From Chrysomallon squamiferum (Eukaryota > Animalia > Mollusca): 64,000 nt of DNA. Shown in pieces: positions 1 to 14,315 of the stretch. Positions within the stretch are counted from its first letter, which is position 1. Each line of letters begins with the position of its first letter. The notes under the pieces were generated by a model, which saw only the letters and a program-made list of their open reading frames with translations, had not been told where the DNA came from and did not search any database. The position numbers and the translations under genes were made by a program. The stretch spans positions 2,170,001-2,234,000 of the forward strand of contig CM022672.1 in assembly GCA_012295275.1 (NCBI GenBank), given 5' to 3'.

Positions 1-630
1 GGAATATTTTGACATAGCTGTCAAATATGACATAACTGGGAATCAGAAAGATATCTGAAATAAATTGCTGTAAAATTGCTTTCTCCCTCTGTGATTACAA
101 GTCTGGACTATACCATTTCACAGTGTAACTGTCTTTCTTTTCTACCTTTCTTTTTACTTTCTTTTCTTTTTTTCTTGGTTCTTCGATATCATTTTCAGCA
201 ACTTTATGCTGCTTCATCTCCATAATCTTCATCAATGTTTAATTTTGAAAGATATTTCATCAGTCTTGACTTGATGTATGTTGAAATGATGATGTTGATC
301 AGAAAACACATATTAATGAAACAGCACTTGAGTGACTTCATGAGCTTACGTTTGGTTCAATGGTTCTAATGTACTTTTAATAATTCCAAGTTTGTTACTT
401 CTGAATCAGATACAGATCTGTAATACTGGTAGTTAGAAGAAGGTCAGGGCATGAACAAACACAACAACATCATATATGTACATATAGAATGAGAGTACAG
501 AGTGACATACAGACATACAGATGTAAACACACTGAGTTAGACAGAGACACAGACAAAACAATTAGACTGATATATATATGGACATACATCCATACAGATA
601 GATAAGCATATATACAAATATATAAGCAGA

Positions 631-633
<3 letters not shown>

Positions 634-678
<45 letters not shown>

Positions 679-688
679 TGTTTGTGTG
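634..688. repeat. (GT)n microsatellite
   Basis: Direct reading. Confidence 0.95.
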
Positions 689-1221
689 CAGAATGTTAGA
701 TAAAAGTTAAAAACTAAAAAAATATTTACCATTATACCTTTTTAAATCATTCAAATGGCATTAATTGAACAGGTTGTGGAATATGCATTAATCCAAATTA
801 TCATCTACATTAATTTTTTTTTTGTCTCCCATTATATACATATATTTATATAAGATGATTTGTTAGTGATGTTTATTAACTAATGCTATGATAACACTTT
901 TTCAAAGACATAACTAAAATCAAATGTAAGGAGAATATAAAAAAGTTCCTTTTTAAAGTGGTTGTTGTTTTAAAATATTACTAACACACATTCTCTTCTT
1001 TTTTTCACCTTCTACAACAAACAATAAGCACCAGTTTGATTTTCTTTTGCATACAATATTTTCAAGGCACATTTCATTGCTTAAAAGACATCCATCCATT
1101 TTGGTAATTTCTATCAACATTCAAAAACAAATACCAGTTAGAAACATTGATTAGAAATTTATGTGCAAGACTAGATTTACACCTTCTGAACAGGGAAGAA
1201 ATAATTCACTTTACAACACCC

Positions 1222-1390
1222 TCAACATATTTGTATGCTATTGTTATGTGGCTAAGTATGATGTAAAACATATTTGTATATTATGGCTGTGTAGATAAGT
1301 ATGATGTAAAACATATTTGTATATTATGCCTGTATAGATGATGTAAAACATATTTGTATGTTATAGGTACATGGCTAGGTGTGATGCAAG
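1222..1390. repeat. Short tandem repeat, ~40-bp unit, ~4 copies
   Basis: AACATATTTGTAT recurs four times, with ATGATGTAA upstream in three copies. Confidence 0.85.
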
Positions 1391-3712
1391 ACTAGAACTA
1401 GCTGCCACCATACAGGGAATGGGTTATTCTTACTTTGTTAACAGCCTTCTTTGTATCCAATTTAAATTAATTTACTAGTAAGGAAAGCAGCATATTTTTT
1501 TTATTTCTTGACTTTTTAAAGCATCTGACTGATCATTTATGTGTAAGAGGGAAACATTTCAGTGACGTTCTGAAACACCAGCTCAGGCCCACCCAGCTTC
1601 GCAGCAAACACAAAAAACTGAATTTTGTTCAAATACGTTTTCTTTTTAGATTTTTTAACTATTATTCTATATTTTTTTGTAATGTTTATTTGTAGCTGTT
1701 TGGTGTTGTGCAGTGCAGCAATAATATTTACATTAGTAACATATGACTGAATGTTATGCCACCTGTCAAACATTTTTTTTCTATGAACAGTTCTTAATGT
1801 ATGTTGTTTTTGTTTTTTTTTGTTTTTTTTTACATATCTTCTTCTTTTTTTTTCCACTTTTAAATTTATTTATTTTTTGGTTGCTGTTTATGATATTTTA
1901 AATTTTGTTTATCATAATGTCAGATAAAAACAAGGTGCCATAATTTCATAAAGATCTTAGCAACTCAGAGTTAATCTGTATCTTCCCGCAGAATGGAAAA
2001 CATGTTTCACAGACTTTGATAATCACATTCTGGAGTGAAAAATAATCTAGTGAAAACACTGACAAGGGTTGTTCCTGCAACCTATCATTTCTAAGACCAA
2101 TGAGTTTAATCAGAAAGAACAGAAAAAACAGCACAGTGTGAGCTAGATCAGGACTGAACTTGCAACCCATCATGCACTGGGGCCTGTTATTCTAATCAGT
2201 CAGATTCAGCCTCATTCTTTTATAATTAAAGAACAGTTTTGTTTGTTCAGTGCTTACAGAAAGGAAATGGAGAAAAGAATGAGAGAAAGAAGTATTTAAA
2301 TATTTATAGAACTTTTATTTTTTTATTCTGACAAAATTTTGTTCTGTTTTCATTGACAACTTCATTTTACATCCACATACAGTGAATCCTTGTTTTATCA
2401 GTTACTTGTTCTTGTACATAATCTATTCTTTTTTTCCTTTATTTCTTGTATATTATTTATTATTTGTTTGTATTGCGGTATTTTTTCTTTCAGTCAGTTC
2501 ATCAATAAAATACTGATAGGTATGAAAATCAATGTTTTAAGACTCTGCAGTTTCAAATGATGCAGGGGATATATTTATAATCTGCATTTGTCATTAGCAA
2601 GAAGTCTCCTTCGTGTTAACAATTAATGAAATCATGTTGTTCGCTATTTCTAACACATTTGTTTGAAGTCATGTGAGACTTAGGAATGCATAGTGAAGAA
2701 TAATTAAATAGTGTTTTTCTGCACTGCTTCTGTTCCCATCAGACCTGCCTTTTTACAATCCAGAAAGTGAAATTAAAAATATTACTGGCCTATTTTAATT
2801 ATGAAACCATTGTTAAGTTTGTCTTAGTAATTACTTTAATCAGTAGAGTCATGAAAACCATATGTTTAATATTACCAGTTTAATACATCTTTCTGTACTA
2901 ATAATAATACTGGCAGTAGTAGTAGTAGTTGTAGGAGTGGTGGTGACGGTGGTGCTTATAGAATATTAGTGGAAGTAGTGGTATTGGTGGTGCTAGTAAT
3001 AATATTAAGAAGAAGAGGTAGATAAAATAGAAGATGAAAAATATGATGAATGATCTCAAATATTATTGATTTATATAATTTATTACTATATTAATAATAA
3101 TAATAATATCAACAACAGCAGCAATAATAATAATAAGAAAAAGATGAGAAAAAAGATGGAAAAAAGATATAACAACAACAATAATAATAGCTTCAAGAAA
3201 TGTGACAATTTAGTCATGTTACAATATAATACATATTAATGTAATATAATATAATATAATATAATGAAATAATGCAGTATAATATATGACATAATAAAAT
3301 ATTTTAATTCCAGCATATAGCAAATAGTTTAATCATAATGTGATTTAAATTTAATACAACATACAACAACAACAACAACAACAATAATTACCATATATAT
3401 TATAGCAACTTAATATGAACTATTTTAATTATAATTTTGTATAACAAAATTGATTTTTTTTAATATAATAGGTTGCTAAAATCTGACAGAACTATGAAAA
3501 ACATATCAGTTCAACAGCAATATTGAAATTTTTTGATTACATTACAGGCAAAGTGATTATTAGTATTTCTAATACAATTATAAATGTATAAAATACGGCA
3601 ATTTAATCACAGTATAATATAATAAAAAATACTTTAAAATGTAAAAAAAAATCATAAGTTTAATTACAAGTGCAACATATGGCTAATTTTTTGTTTTAAT
3701 TTTTTTTTCCAG

Positions 3713-3786
3713 AGAAACCAGTGTTCCACCATGCTTGTAATTTAAACGTTGTCGCGGAGAAGGGCTGGTGCCTGTGTACAATATAG
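3713..3786 (+). other. Candidate non-coding internal exon (74 nt)
   Basis: Branch-like GCTAAT (~3682), a long T tract, ccAG acceptor at 3712 and TAG|GTGAGC donor at 3787. The segment is GC-richer than its flanks and has stops in all three frames. Confidence 0.5.
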
Positions 3787-6700
3787 GTGAGCTAATTGTA
3801 TTTTAATATTTTATGATATTGGTTTTCTTTACATGTTTATTTGCTGTTCTTTCTTCACCAGTCAGCTGTCTGTAGCAGCTTAATTATTGATGTTTTGATT
3901 AAAACCCATTATTCTTGTGAGATACTCATGCAAAATATATCAAAATACATTATAGTATATACAATAACGCATCACTGAAAACATTTACTTCAGTTGCCCC
4001 ATAGTTCATTTTTTCAAGTAGGAATTTTTGTAGACTTTCGATTCCTGCATTAAATACTTTTGGATACCATCAATGCACACAGTTCATTGTGTTCTTGTGT
4101 GTGCTTATGGATGTAGGAAAAAGAATAGTGCAGTTAGGAGTTCTGAGGCAAGTTTAACGATTGTGAATACTGGATGCTTGTAATTAATTTACCAGTAACA
4201 TGGAAGTCATGCAGAACATTTTAAGTGGACAGGTGTATAGGCCACCATGTTTGCATTGAACATTTCTTTTTAATGATGTTGTAAATAGTTCATGTTTTGT
4301 AATGACTTGTATTTTATGTTTTTCTCTCTTTTTTTAATTAATTCATTGATTGATTTATTTTTTAATTGTTGTATAAATGTTTACCTAAACATTTTTTTTT
4401 TTTTTTTTTTTTTTAAATATTTTCATAAATATCTCATATCTGGAAATTTTATTTGTGTTAATATTTGATTTATTTATTTATTTATTTTTTTTTTTTTCAT
4501 ATTTATAAACATTTATTTTAATATCTTCCTAAATATATTATTTTTAAAAAAAATTTTTTTGTTTCCAAAATTATTATAATTATTTTTATACTGAGGCACA
4601 TTTTTATATGCTGACATAAATTTCTCATTTTTAATTATATTTTTTTGTAAACATTGTCTAGATATGAATAATGATTTTGTGTCTGTTAACAGATTTTGAT
4701 AACTGTTTAATAACGAAAACCACAGAGTCTTGATTAGAAACTAAAATGAAGTTATTATCTACATAGATAGTTAAAACTCATCTTTGTACATACATGTAAT
4801 AAATATGTTAAAAAAAAAAAACTTGTAATAGCTATTCAAAATGGATGTCTGCTACCATTTTTAAAAATTTAAAAAAATTTTTTTTTTTAAATTCATATCT
4901 TATTGTTCATGAGAATATAATTCTATATTATTGATATTTTGTTGGTTTTTACTAAATTTACTATTTGTACTATTTATATTACTGCTATTATAACCAATGG
5001 TACTACTACTACTACTACTATTTATGCTACTATTCCTAGTACAATTTCTCTACTACTACTAATATTGCTGCTAGTAGTAGTATTATTACTGCTACTCCTC
5101 CTATTTTGTTACTACTACTACTACTACTACCACAATACTACTGTTACAACTGCTACACTGATATTATCATTCTCTTCCCAACTTTTTTGTGTTTTTCGTG
5201 TTTTTCTTTTTCATCTTGTCATCCCTTGGAGGATTCACAGTAGATGCATGATATATTTTAGTCAAACTAGAATTCAAATACTGTCTCTTATCCATCTCTA
5301 TTTGAAGAGAGACAGAGTGAGAGAGATGGGTTTTGCACTTCAACAGAAAGAGCGAGATGATATTCTGAGACACAATCAGTCATTACTAGATGTCATCTGA
5401 TGCAGGCAGACAGCTATTCAATACCTTGATGAAGTTATCTACCCCTAACATCACGATGCTAAAAACTTGTGGATGTCGAATGACATTTTAACATGATAAA
5501 TCAGGTCTTCATCTCACCTCTGTAATGATGGACAGTATATATCTTAACCCAGGAGAGGATCCATACATTACTCCAGATACTTCATTTTGTCTCATCTGTC
5601 ACGTGCGTACATCATATTAGAACTCATGACATATCAAAAAGTTGCTGGTGAATTTGACTCATCAGGGACAGGTTTTAATCCAGATCTGGAATGCAGTTTG
5701 TATGTAATAACAAACCTACTGCTTTCATCAGTGGAACCTTTGTTGTCAGAAGGGATTCACAGTATAGTCTTGTGAAGATTCTTTTGCAGTTAGTCATCGA
5801 CTTCAATAATAATTTATAATCTTCAATCATATTGATTAACTATGAGGATACTGCACGGATAATTAGCAGTCATGCATATTAAGGTATCATTGCTAGTTGC
5901 AGCCTTATGATTAAGCCAGCACAACTGCTGGTGGCTTTGTGGTTAAGCTGTGATTGCTAATGGTGGCCCAGTGGTTAAGCCAAAACTGCAAGTGAGTGGT
6001 TGGCTTGACGGTTGTGGTCTGGTGTTTATGCTGTTATAGCTGATGGTGGCTTTATGATGTAGCTGCTATTACTAGTGGGTAAGCCATTATTACTAATGGT
6101 TGCATGTAGTAAGTTATCAGATCTAATGGTTCTGGAGGTTATGCTATCAGATGTCACTGCATGTGGTAGAATATTGGTTAAGATTGTAATTTCTGAACTT
6201 CCACACATTTCACTGGAACATTTTCGTTGTTATACAAATAAATGTAGTGCTTTCTAAAAATCCTTTGTCTCATATAACAGTAGTCAGTAAATAGTTAACA
6301 GTAAAAAATAAATAAATAAATAATGAATGAATCAGTAATGAATAATGAATGAATGAATGAATGAATGAATGAATAAATAAATAAATGAATCAATAAATAA
6401 GGAATGAACGAATAATAAATAAAGAAATAACATAAAATAATTTTTGAAAATAGTATTTCACACACAGCAGTAACTAATGCAAACTTATCATTTCTGGCAA
6501 GCTTTGTGATACAGTATCACCAGACGTTCAGGTTAATTACTAATTTCTGGTTTATCAGCCACATACCTACACAGGTAAAAAGGTGAATGAACATAGAAAT
6601 GAGTTTTGAAAAAAAGAAAAACTGCAAACTAGATAATGTGTAAAGAATTATCTGATGAAAGGCCAAGACATTGTCAGTGTTTGATGGTGTCTGGTAATAA

Positions 6701-6995
6701 TTACAAGCTCTTGCATCTCGGGGAGAATCGTTAGCTGTGAAACTGTGTTAGTTTAGAAACAGCAAGTGAGATCCAGGCCCCGTCAGCCTGTCTTTGATAT
6801 TATATTGAAAATGACAATTAATTTTATCTTTAACGACCTTCATTCCACCCAGTGGGTTTGTTATCAGGTTTTTTATTATCTCTTTAGTGACTTTTATGTC
6901 AGACCTCAACTCATCGCTTCTTCATTATACAGTCGGTTGACTTTCTTATACTTGTAGGTAAATAGCTTACTCAGCAGGACTGCTGATGGTTTTGG

Positions 6996-7098
<103 letters not shown>

Positions 7099-8815
7099 GT
7101 TGGGAGGGAATTAAAAATTAAAATTAAAGGTTTAACTACAATGCAACATATAACTTTTTTTCCCTTTTATTTCAGAAGTACTAATGTAAAAATATATAAA
7201 TCTGAAATACATTTGTAATTTATATATTAGCTGCCAACTTCTTCCTATCTCATTTTTCTAGGACTTTTTTTTTATCTTTTTATTTTTATTTTTTTTCTTG
7301 GTTATTACTGGTTATTATCTCAAACTGTAGAAAAGGGTTTCAAAAAATTACTATTGTGTTTTTTTTGTGGGTTTTTTAATCAATTCCCAAAACAAAAGAA
7401 AAAATGTCTGATGTTTTGCTGTTGTTATAATTTCAAATATGTGCCCAGCAACCAAAGTAAAGTCAAGTATAAATTTCAAGAATGTTTCTTTACCTTTTAT
7501 TTACCTAGGGCAAAGTGATTTGGAAGGTGTTAATTTGCTGGGAATAATTGATTTACCTATATATTGATTGGGCTGACAATTAGACTATTTTTTCTATTAT
7601 CTTTCACCTATTTCTCTTTCAAGCAGCAAAAACTTGGTTACAGAAATTCAAGTAGCCATAACAACTCTGTTGAACAAGCAAAACAAAATGGGTGGCTATT
7701 AAGTAGAGAAATGAATAGAAAATTATCACACACTAATGCTTTGTATCAATTTGTAGACTATAGACATTGTCTATGCTTGTGGTGTTAAGTGCAGGGTAAT
7801 TTGTAACATTACTGTATGACTTTGGTAAATATGTTACCAGCTGACATATTGTGTTTTAAAACATGAAGTCTGTCAAAATGATTTAGTATTTTTCACCATG
7901 CTTATATACTGTTCAGTAGTTCAACTTTCAGGAGCAGCATCAAAAATCGGATATTTGTAAATACATGGAAATAAACTGCATTATGATTTAATCTTGAATA
8001 CATCAAGAACCATTACGATCTGATATTGCAGACTGTATTGTCTTGTGTGGTACCATGTTCTGATATTCTTGAGTTTGTTGTAAATGTAATGTGTAGTTAT
8101 TAGGTAACACTATTTGTATCTTTTGCATACATAATATTGAATTACATTATGATTTGATATTAAGTACATCATTAATCTATGTTACTCAAATATTACCATG
8201 AACTGAAAATGTAGCCTTGTTCCATGAACTGAAAATGTTGCCATGTTCCAATATCATTAAGTACACTGGGGGTTATAATCTAATCTGTATGTCTTTTAAA
8301 TACACTGTATTTCTATATTCTGATATTTTTAATATGTAATTGTAGCACTATGTCAAGTCTATTTGAAACCTGCCTGCATGCTCTACCATTGTTATATACC
8401 TTACAAGATACTTTATAATGGTCTGATGTTGATGCCTTTACTAGTATGTTCTTGTATTGTCTCTTAGGTTTTCAGTCAGCACATAATTATGGTACAGAAC
8501 AGTTTGTATTTCTGGCTTTAATAATATTAATTTGTCTGCTGATATCCAAAACCACTTCAAATAATTAGCCAGTGTTTGTTGTTTTCTGGCTGAAAATTTA
8601 AGAAGCAAATTCATTATAATATATTTTTGTGATATTTGAATATGGTATTGAACAACAAGAAATACTTAATCTTTTTTTTCATTATTTCTGGATGAGAGTT
8701 GTTCAGAATATTCAAAACATTGGTTTCAAAATAATATACACCTCATTATAAAATCATAATTGTATAAATCAAGGTCTTATTTTTATGTTAAATTAATTAA
8801 TTAATTAATTAATTA

Positions 8816-8848
<33 letters not shown>

Positions 8849-9048
8849 GTTATTGTTATTGTTATTGTTATTTGTGTCTTCTGGTGATTAAATGATATAT
8901 TAAAATAAGAAGCCAGCATTTGCTACAACAACTGTCTCATAAACTGAGAAAAAAAAACATTATATGTAGTGCAAAACAACAAAACAAGAACAGCAACAAC
9001 AAAATCCAACAAACACCCCCCACAAGAAAAAAATAGATAATAAAAAAA

Positions 9049-9090
<42 letters not shown>

Positions 9091-9459
9091 TAAAATAAAT
9101 AGATAAATAAATAAAAATAAAACCCAGAATTAAAAAATGATATCCTGCAAGAATTACTCCTTCTTAAGATACTGTTTATAACTTACATTTGAAAGAAAAA
9201 TGTTTAAAATGTCATTAAGTGACTTCATCTTCGTTAATTTGTTTCTTATTTGGATGCTATGTAGGTTAACCAACACTAATCTGACCATCAGTCATTCAAT
9301 TCCACTGGTAATCCAGCTCAGTCTTGCCAGTGTAGTTTCCATTATGAACATCTCAACAGCCTTCCACAGAAGGATGGTAGAAATACTTCATTAATAATGA
9401 CTCTTCCAACTCACAGTTTTAAATCTTTGTTTACATGGGATCACACACAGAGTGTGACA

Positions 9460-10060
9460 GTAATATATGATACGCTTAATATACGATACACATAATATAC
9501 GATACACATAATATATGATATACATAATATATGATACACATAGTTAAGAATTTCTGTGTTGATACATTCCAGTAAAAAGTTTCTACAGAGATACCTATGA
9601 TTAAGAGTTTCTCAGATAAGAGATGTTCTAGTGATAAATATAGTTAAAATTACTGTAGAGATATAAAATATATATATATAATTAAGAGTTTCTATAGTGA
9701 TACATATGGATAAGTTTGTACAACATTACGTGTGGTTAAGAGTTTCTGCTGTGATACATTTTATGAGTTTCTATAGTGATGTGTTTGGTTAAGAGATTCT
9801 ATTATTATACATATGGTTAAGAGTTTTTATAGTGGACACATTTTATCAGTTTTTATAGTGGTACATTTTATCAGTTTTTATAGTGGTATATTTTATGAGT
9901 TTCTATAGTGATGTGTTTGGTTAAGAGTTTCTGTGGATGATACATTTTATTAGTTTCTGCTATAGTGTTGTGTTTGGTTAAGAGGTTCTATTATGATACA
10001 TATGGATAAGTGTTTTTTATGGTAATGCAAGTGGTTTAATAGTGATTCAGTTATGAGGGT
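9460..10060. repeat. Degenerate minisatellite field (GATACACATA and GGTTAAGAGTTTCTATAGTG units)
   Basis: Repeated motifs atacgatacacataat and ttaagagtttctatagtgat with ~20-30-bp periods. Confidence 0.8.
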
Positions 10061-10269
10061 TGCTGCAGTGATAAAACATACAGTTAAGTTCTTCTTTACA
10101 GACAAATAGTGGAAGAGATTATGAAGCAAATCATTTGGTTTTGGTTAAGTGGCTTAACTATTAGACTACTGACATGAGACAAAAGGTTCCACTGGATCAA
10201 TTCTTCTTAGTGTACTGGCTTGACTCTTTCTAGACCCAGTTTATTTATTCAACAATGTGTTAAAATGAC

Positions 10270-10430
10270 TGGTATTAGTTCAGTAGTGGAGACCCAAGTC
10301 ATTGGGTCAATACTGGTCTGGTGTTTTCCTATTCCAACCAATGGTCCATGACTAGTGCTTTGTCAAAAGACATGATGTGTGTTTTCCTGTTCACAAAAAA
10401 TTGCATACATTTTTTGCTGATCAGTGAGAA
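10270..10430 (+). mobile_element. Degraded SINE copy, same family
   Basis: ttcctattccaaccaatggtccatgactag...tgtgtgttttcctgt...tgcata...ttgctgatc has the same motif order as the other copies. Confidence 0.45.
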
Positions 10431-11159
10431 TAACTCATGCAATTTATTCCTCAGTAAAAATGACAGAGAATTCTGAGTTTTTTTTTTTTTTTTTTTTAAT
10501 AATTTACCTGTCTGTATTATAAAAGATTCTGCCACAAGACAAACTGATTTTTATGTATTTCCAACAAAAAGATGCTGTATTTATAAATTTGACAAATTGC
10601 ATTTTATAAACCATGATGACTCTTTGTTGTCAAATTGCTTCATTTGAACCACTGGAGGAATTAGGTCTATGTTTGTTATCATTGCCATCATCACTATTTG
10701 TGTAATCATTTCATTGTTATGAGAATTACATGATCATTGCTTATTTTCATAATCATTATCACATTCATGATTTTCATATTTTTTATAATCATCGATATTT
10801 TCATTATTGTCATCTTTATTTTCAGTATTATCATCATTGTTTTTTTTAATCATAATCATTGTTTTCATGATTATCATCTCTATTATAATTATCATCAGTG
10901 TTTGTGGTGCTGTTTTAACTGTTGTTGTAATTTTTTTTTTGTTTACACATTACAATACATTCGTATGTTAATAATATGTTAGGTGTGAGAAATATAAAAT
11001 TGTATTATTTATTTTTAAGCTGAAAAAACTTCTCTCAATCCATAATCTACTCCTACCTAATCTTGGGTAAGATCATTTTCTGCATGTATTATACCAATAA
11101 ATTGAAAAGAACATTCCATAGACTTTGAATTTGATATTCACATTGTCAACAAATAAGGG

Positions 11160-11700
11160 TTACCAGTAACACAGTATTTTGGCCAATATACAAACTTCCA
11201 CAAAATATATACTTTTAAATTAATAATTTGATCAATACTTGAAAAGAATATACTGTGGTGTTTGACTGTCTTGTTGCCAACAAACTTTAGTCGCCAGTAA
11301 CACAATATGTAGGCCATTTCTAGAAACCACCATCAAAAGTCACATTTTTAAACTGATACTTCAAAGAAAAGATCATACCGTGATCTTTAATATACAAATA
11401 TTGGTCAACCAGTAGCACAGTATTTAGGCCTTTTCTAGAAACCACCATCAAAAGACACATATTTAAACTGATACTTCAAAGAAAAGATCATATCGCGATC
11501 TTTAATATACAAATATTGGTCAACCAGTAACTCAGTATTTAGGCCGTTTCTAGAAACCGTCATCAAAAGCCACATTTTTATTTAAACTGATACTTCAAAG
11601 AAAAGATTATGACACAAACTTTCATATACAAATATTGGTCAATCAGTAACACAATATCTAGGCCATTTCTAGAAACCACCATGGAAAAATACGTTTTTAA
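11160..11700. repeat. Tandem repeat, ~115-130-bp unit, ~4.5 copies
   Basis: CCAGTAACACA...GGCC...TCTAGAAACC...TTTAAACTGATACTTCAAAGAAAAGAT units start near 11162, 11293, 11408, 11523 and 11642. Confidence 0.9.
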
Positions 11701-12020
11701 CCTGATAACCGCGCGACTGCTGGCATCTTGCTCGGACGTAAGCACGGAATGAGGTTTAACCTTACCTAACCCTGCCCTGCTTCGTTTTAATCAGGCCAAA
11801 TCTGTTCCCTGTTCATGAGAAATTGCTGCGACCAAAGGGTCACGCTGAGAGTCATCCGTGCTAGCCGGCCACGCAGACCCTGCTTCCAGCCCGTTTTCAT
11901 TCTGGGATGTGGTCGTTGACCCAAACAGCCGTCCACGTTGTTGACAATGTTAGCCACGACACAGGAGAACGTCTTGATCTCCGTGAATCTCAAGTAATTG
12001 ACAGTTCTACTCGTGATTCC
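11700..12020. promoter_or_regulatory. CpG-rich island, candidate promoter or first exon
   Basis: Abrupt ~320-bp GC- and CpG-rich block in AT-rich, CpG-poor surroundings, with no credible ORF. Confidence 0.45.
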
Positions 12021-12719
12021 AGATGAAGAATATTTTTAATCAGACCAATTTCTAACACACTTACATTCTTAGCCAACGGATTTAATTAAAAGAATAGTTA
12101 TTTTTTTGTTGTTGTTGTTGTTTTTAGGTGTATTTTTTTTTCTTCTAAATTAAAATTTAAAAAAAAAGAAGAAGAAGAAGAAGATGGGATATTATAATTA
12201 TAATATAGGAAATGTTCTTTGTGCTAAAGTGTTGTTGTTGTTGTTGTTATTATTATTAATTACAAGGTAAATTTATACACATACAGACACACACAGATAC
12301 ACATCCATGCATGCACGCAAACACGTTTGTGTGTTTGTGAGTATATACAATATATATATTACTCTAATAATAATAATAATAATAATAATAATATTTAAAA
12401 CTTAGACCTGAAATGTTAACTGATCACAGAAAGTAATCTTGTTGATGTGGATGTTGTAGAAGATGAGCAGATTACCATGTTCTCACCTCACTCTATCAGC
12501 TGAGAACAAATGATTTATTGAATAACCTTTTTTCTTTTTATTATACCCTTGTGAAGCGGAACATTAAATATAAATGGCCTCTTTATAACAAATATTACAA
12601 AATAATGCTATTAAATTAGTTTTTTATTTATTTTTTTTTATTTGATATTGTTCTAGCATATTTCATCCTTTAAACATAACCATAAATATAATGCTTTTAA
12701 TAATTTGTCTCGTTCTTGT

Positions 12720-13155
12720 AAGCTACTGGCACCCATTTACGTAAATATGTATAGGTTTCTATTCTCTAAGGCACGCTTCTCTTAAAGGGGCTACCGTGAT
12801 ACAACAGTGACGCGTGAGACTGCAATAACCAATCAATAGGTGTTAGGATATGCCATCTCACTGGCTTAAACAACGCAGGGAGCTTCATAAGACACACGTA
12901 CAGATATGACAGTACTGTAACCCGTGGATTCTTCTCAAATGGCTTGAACTGGACAGCAGGCCTGAGAAATGTCTGTCAGAATTCTGGGACGAAAATCTAC
13001 CAATTGCCTTTAGAACATGAATTTACGATTTCTATTGGCTCTGGGGAGCATGTTGGAATTTTCTTAGTAAATTTATTGAAAGAATTTTCTTCATGTCGCT
13101 TTAATTCCAAGAACTTATGAAGTTTGTTGAAGACATTTCTATGGTTTATGTAAGT
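12720..13155 (+). promoter_or_regulatory. Candidate promoter plus first non-coding exon (possibly of the GPCR)
   Basis: CpGs retained, TGACG at 12808, CCAAT at 12829, and a GTAAGT donor at 13150 followed by T-rich intron-like sequence. Confidence 0.4.
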
Positions 13156-13451
13156 AATGTTGTTTTTTTTTAAGTTTATTTATTATTATTTTTTTTTAAT
13201 AATTTTTTTTTTTTTAAAAGGTGTTTTATATATATATATATATAAAGTTCTTAGAAAATAAATGTTATTTTTGATCAACATATTTATTTATTTTCATCAT
13301 GTTCTCATTTAAGTACAATATCAGTTATAAAAATATTCTTCATCATCATAATCTTATTTTATTATCTTATTTTATCACTTAGATCATAACAAATAAAATT
13401 CTCAAGAAATGTTATTGCAGTTTATTTTTAAATATTATGTATACTGAACAA

Positions 13452-13488
<37 letters not shown>

Positions 13489-14099
13489 TTGTGTGTATGT
13501 GAGTATGTGTGATTTTCTTTTGTTCTTTTTTTTCAAATAACAGTGAAAACTCTGTTATAATAATGTTATGTATCAAATAAATTGATTAAATTAGCTTGTT
13601 ATCAGCAGATACATTTACTATTCTTAATTAAGATGTGAAAATTGTTGAGTTTGGCAATAAATCACATGAAGAAATTTACTGTACACTTTTTCATTTGGAA
13701 AAATAACATTAATTTTTATTTAATTTGTAGTATGCAAACTTGATTGGCTTTTTTTTTCTGCAAAAAACATTAAAAATGAAAAAAAATAAAAAATAAAAAA
13801 GATAAATAAAAAGAAAGAAACAATCAAAAAATAAAATAAAAAATAAAAAATCCATAAAAATAATTAAAACAACATATAATAAAATTACTGCCTGTTATTT
13901 ATAATTTTCATTTACGCATATTCATTTATTTTGTTTGTTTTTACCTTCTAACAGCTTTTTTTTTCTCTTTTAAAAATATAATTACTTCAAGTTTTCAGTG
14001 AGTTTCATAGTTTTGGCTGTTTCAGACTGTTTTGATTTCTGTGTGTTTGCAGAAAAAAGTGTTTTTCTTTGTGTAAGTTGAAGTCAATAATTAAGATTA

Positions 14100-14315
14100 T
14101 ATAGACAGACAGATAAGTATACATATGGATAGATGGATGGATACTTACATAGATGGACATCTTTATGGATGGATGGACAGACAGATAGATAGATAGATTA
14201 GACAGACAGATGAATAGATGGATAGATAGCTTAGACATATAGATAATGGATGTATGGATAGATGGATAGATAGATATATTAAACAGATAAATGGATGGAT
14301 GGATAGAGACAGATG
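14100..14315. repeat. Compound (GATA/GATG/GACA)n tetranucleotide tract
   Basis: Direct reading. Confidence 0.85.

Noticed and set aside
11787-11993. 68-aa ORF within the CpG-rich island
   Set aside because: It has a TTG start, is short and has no recognisable domain. It is expected by chance in GC-richer sequence.
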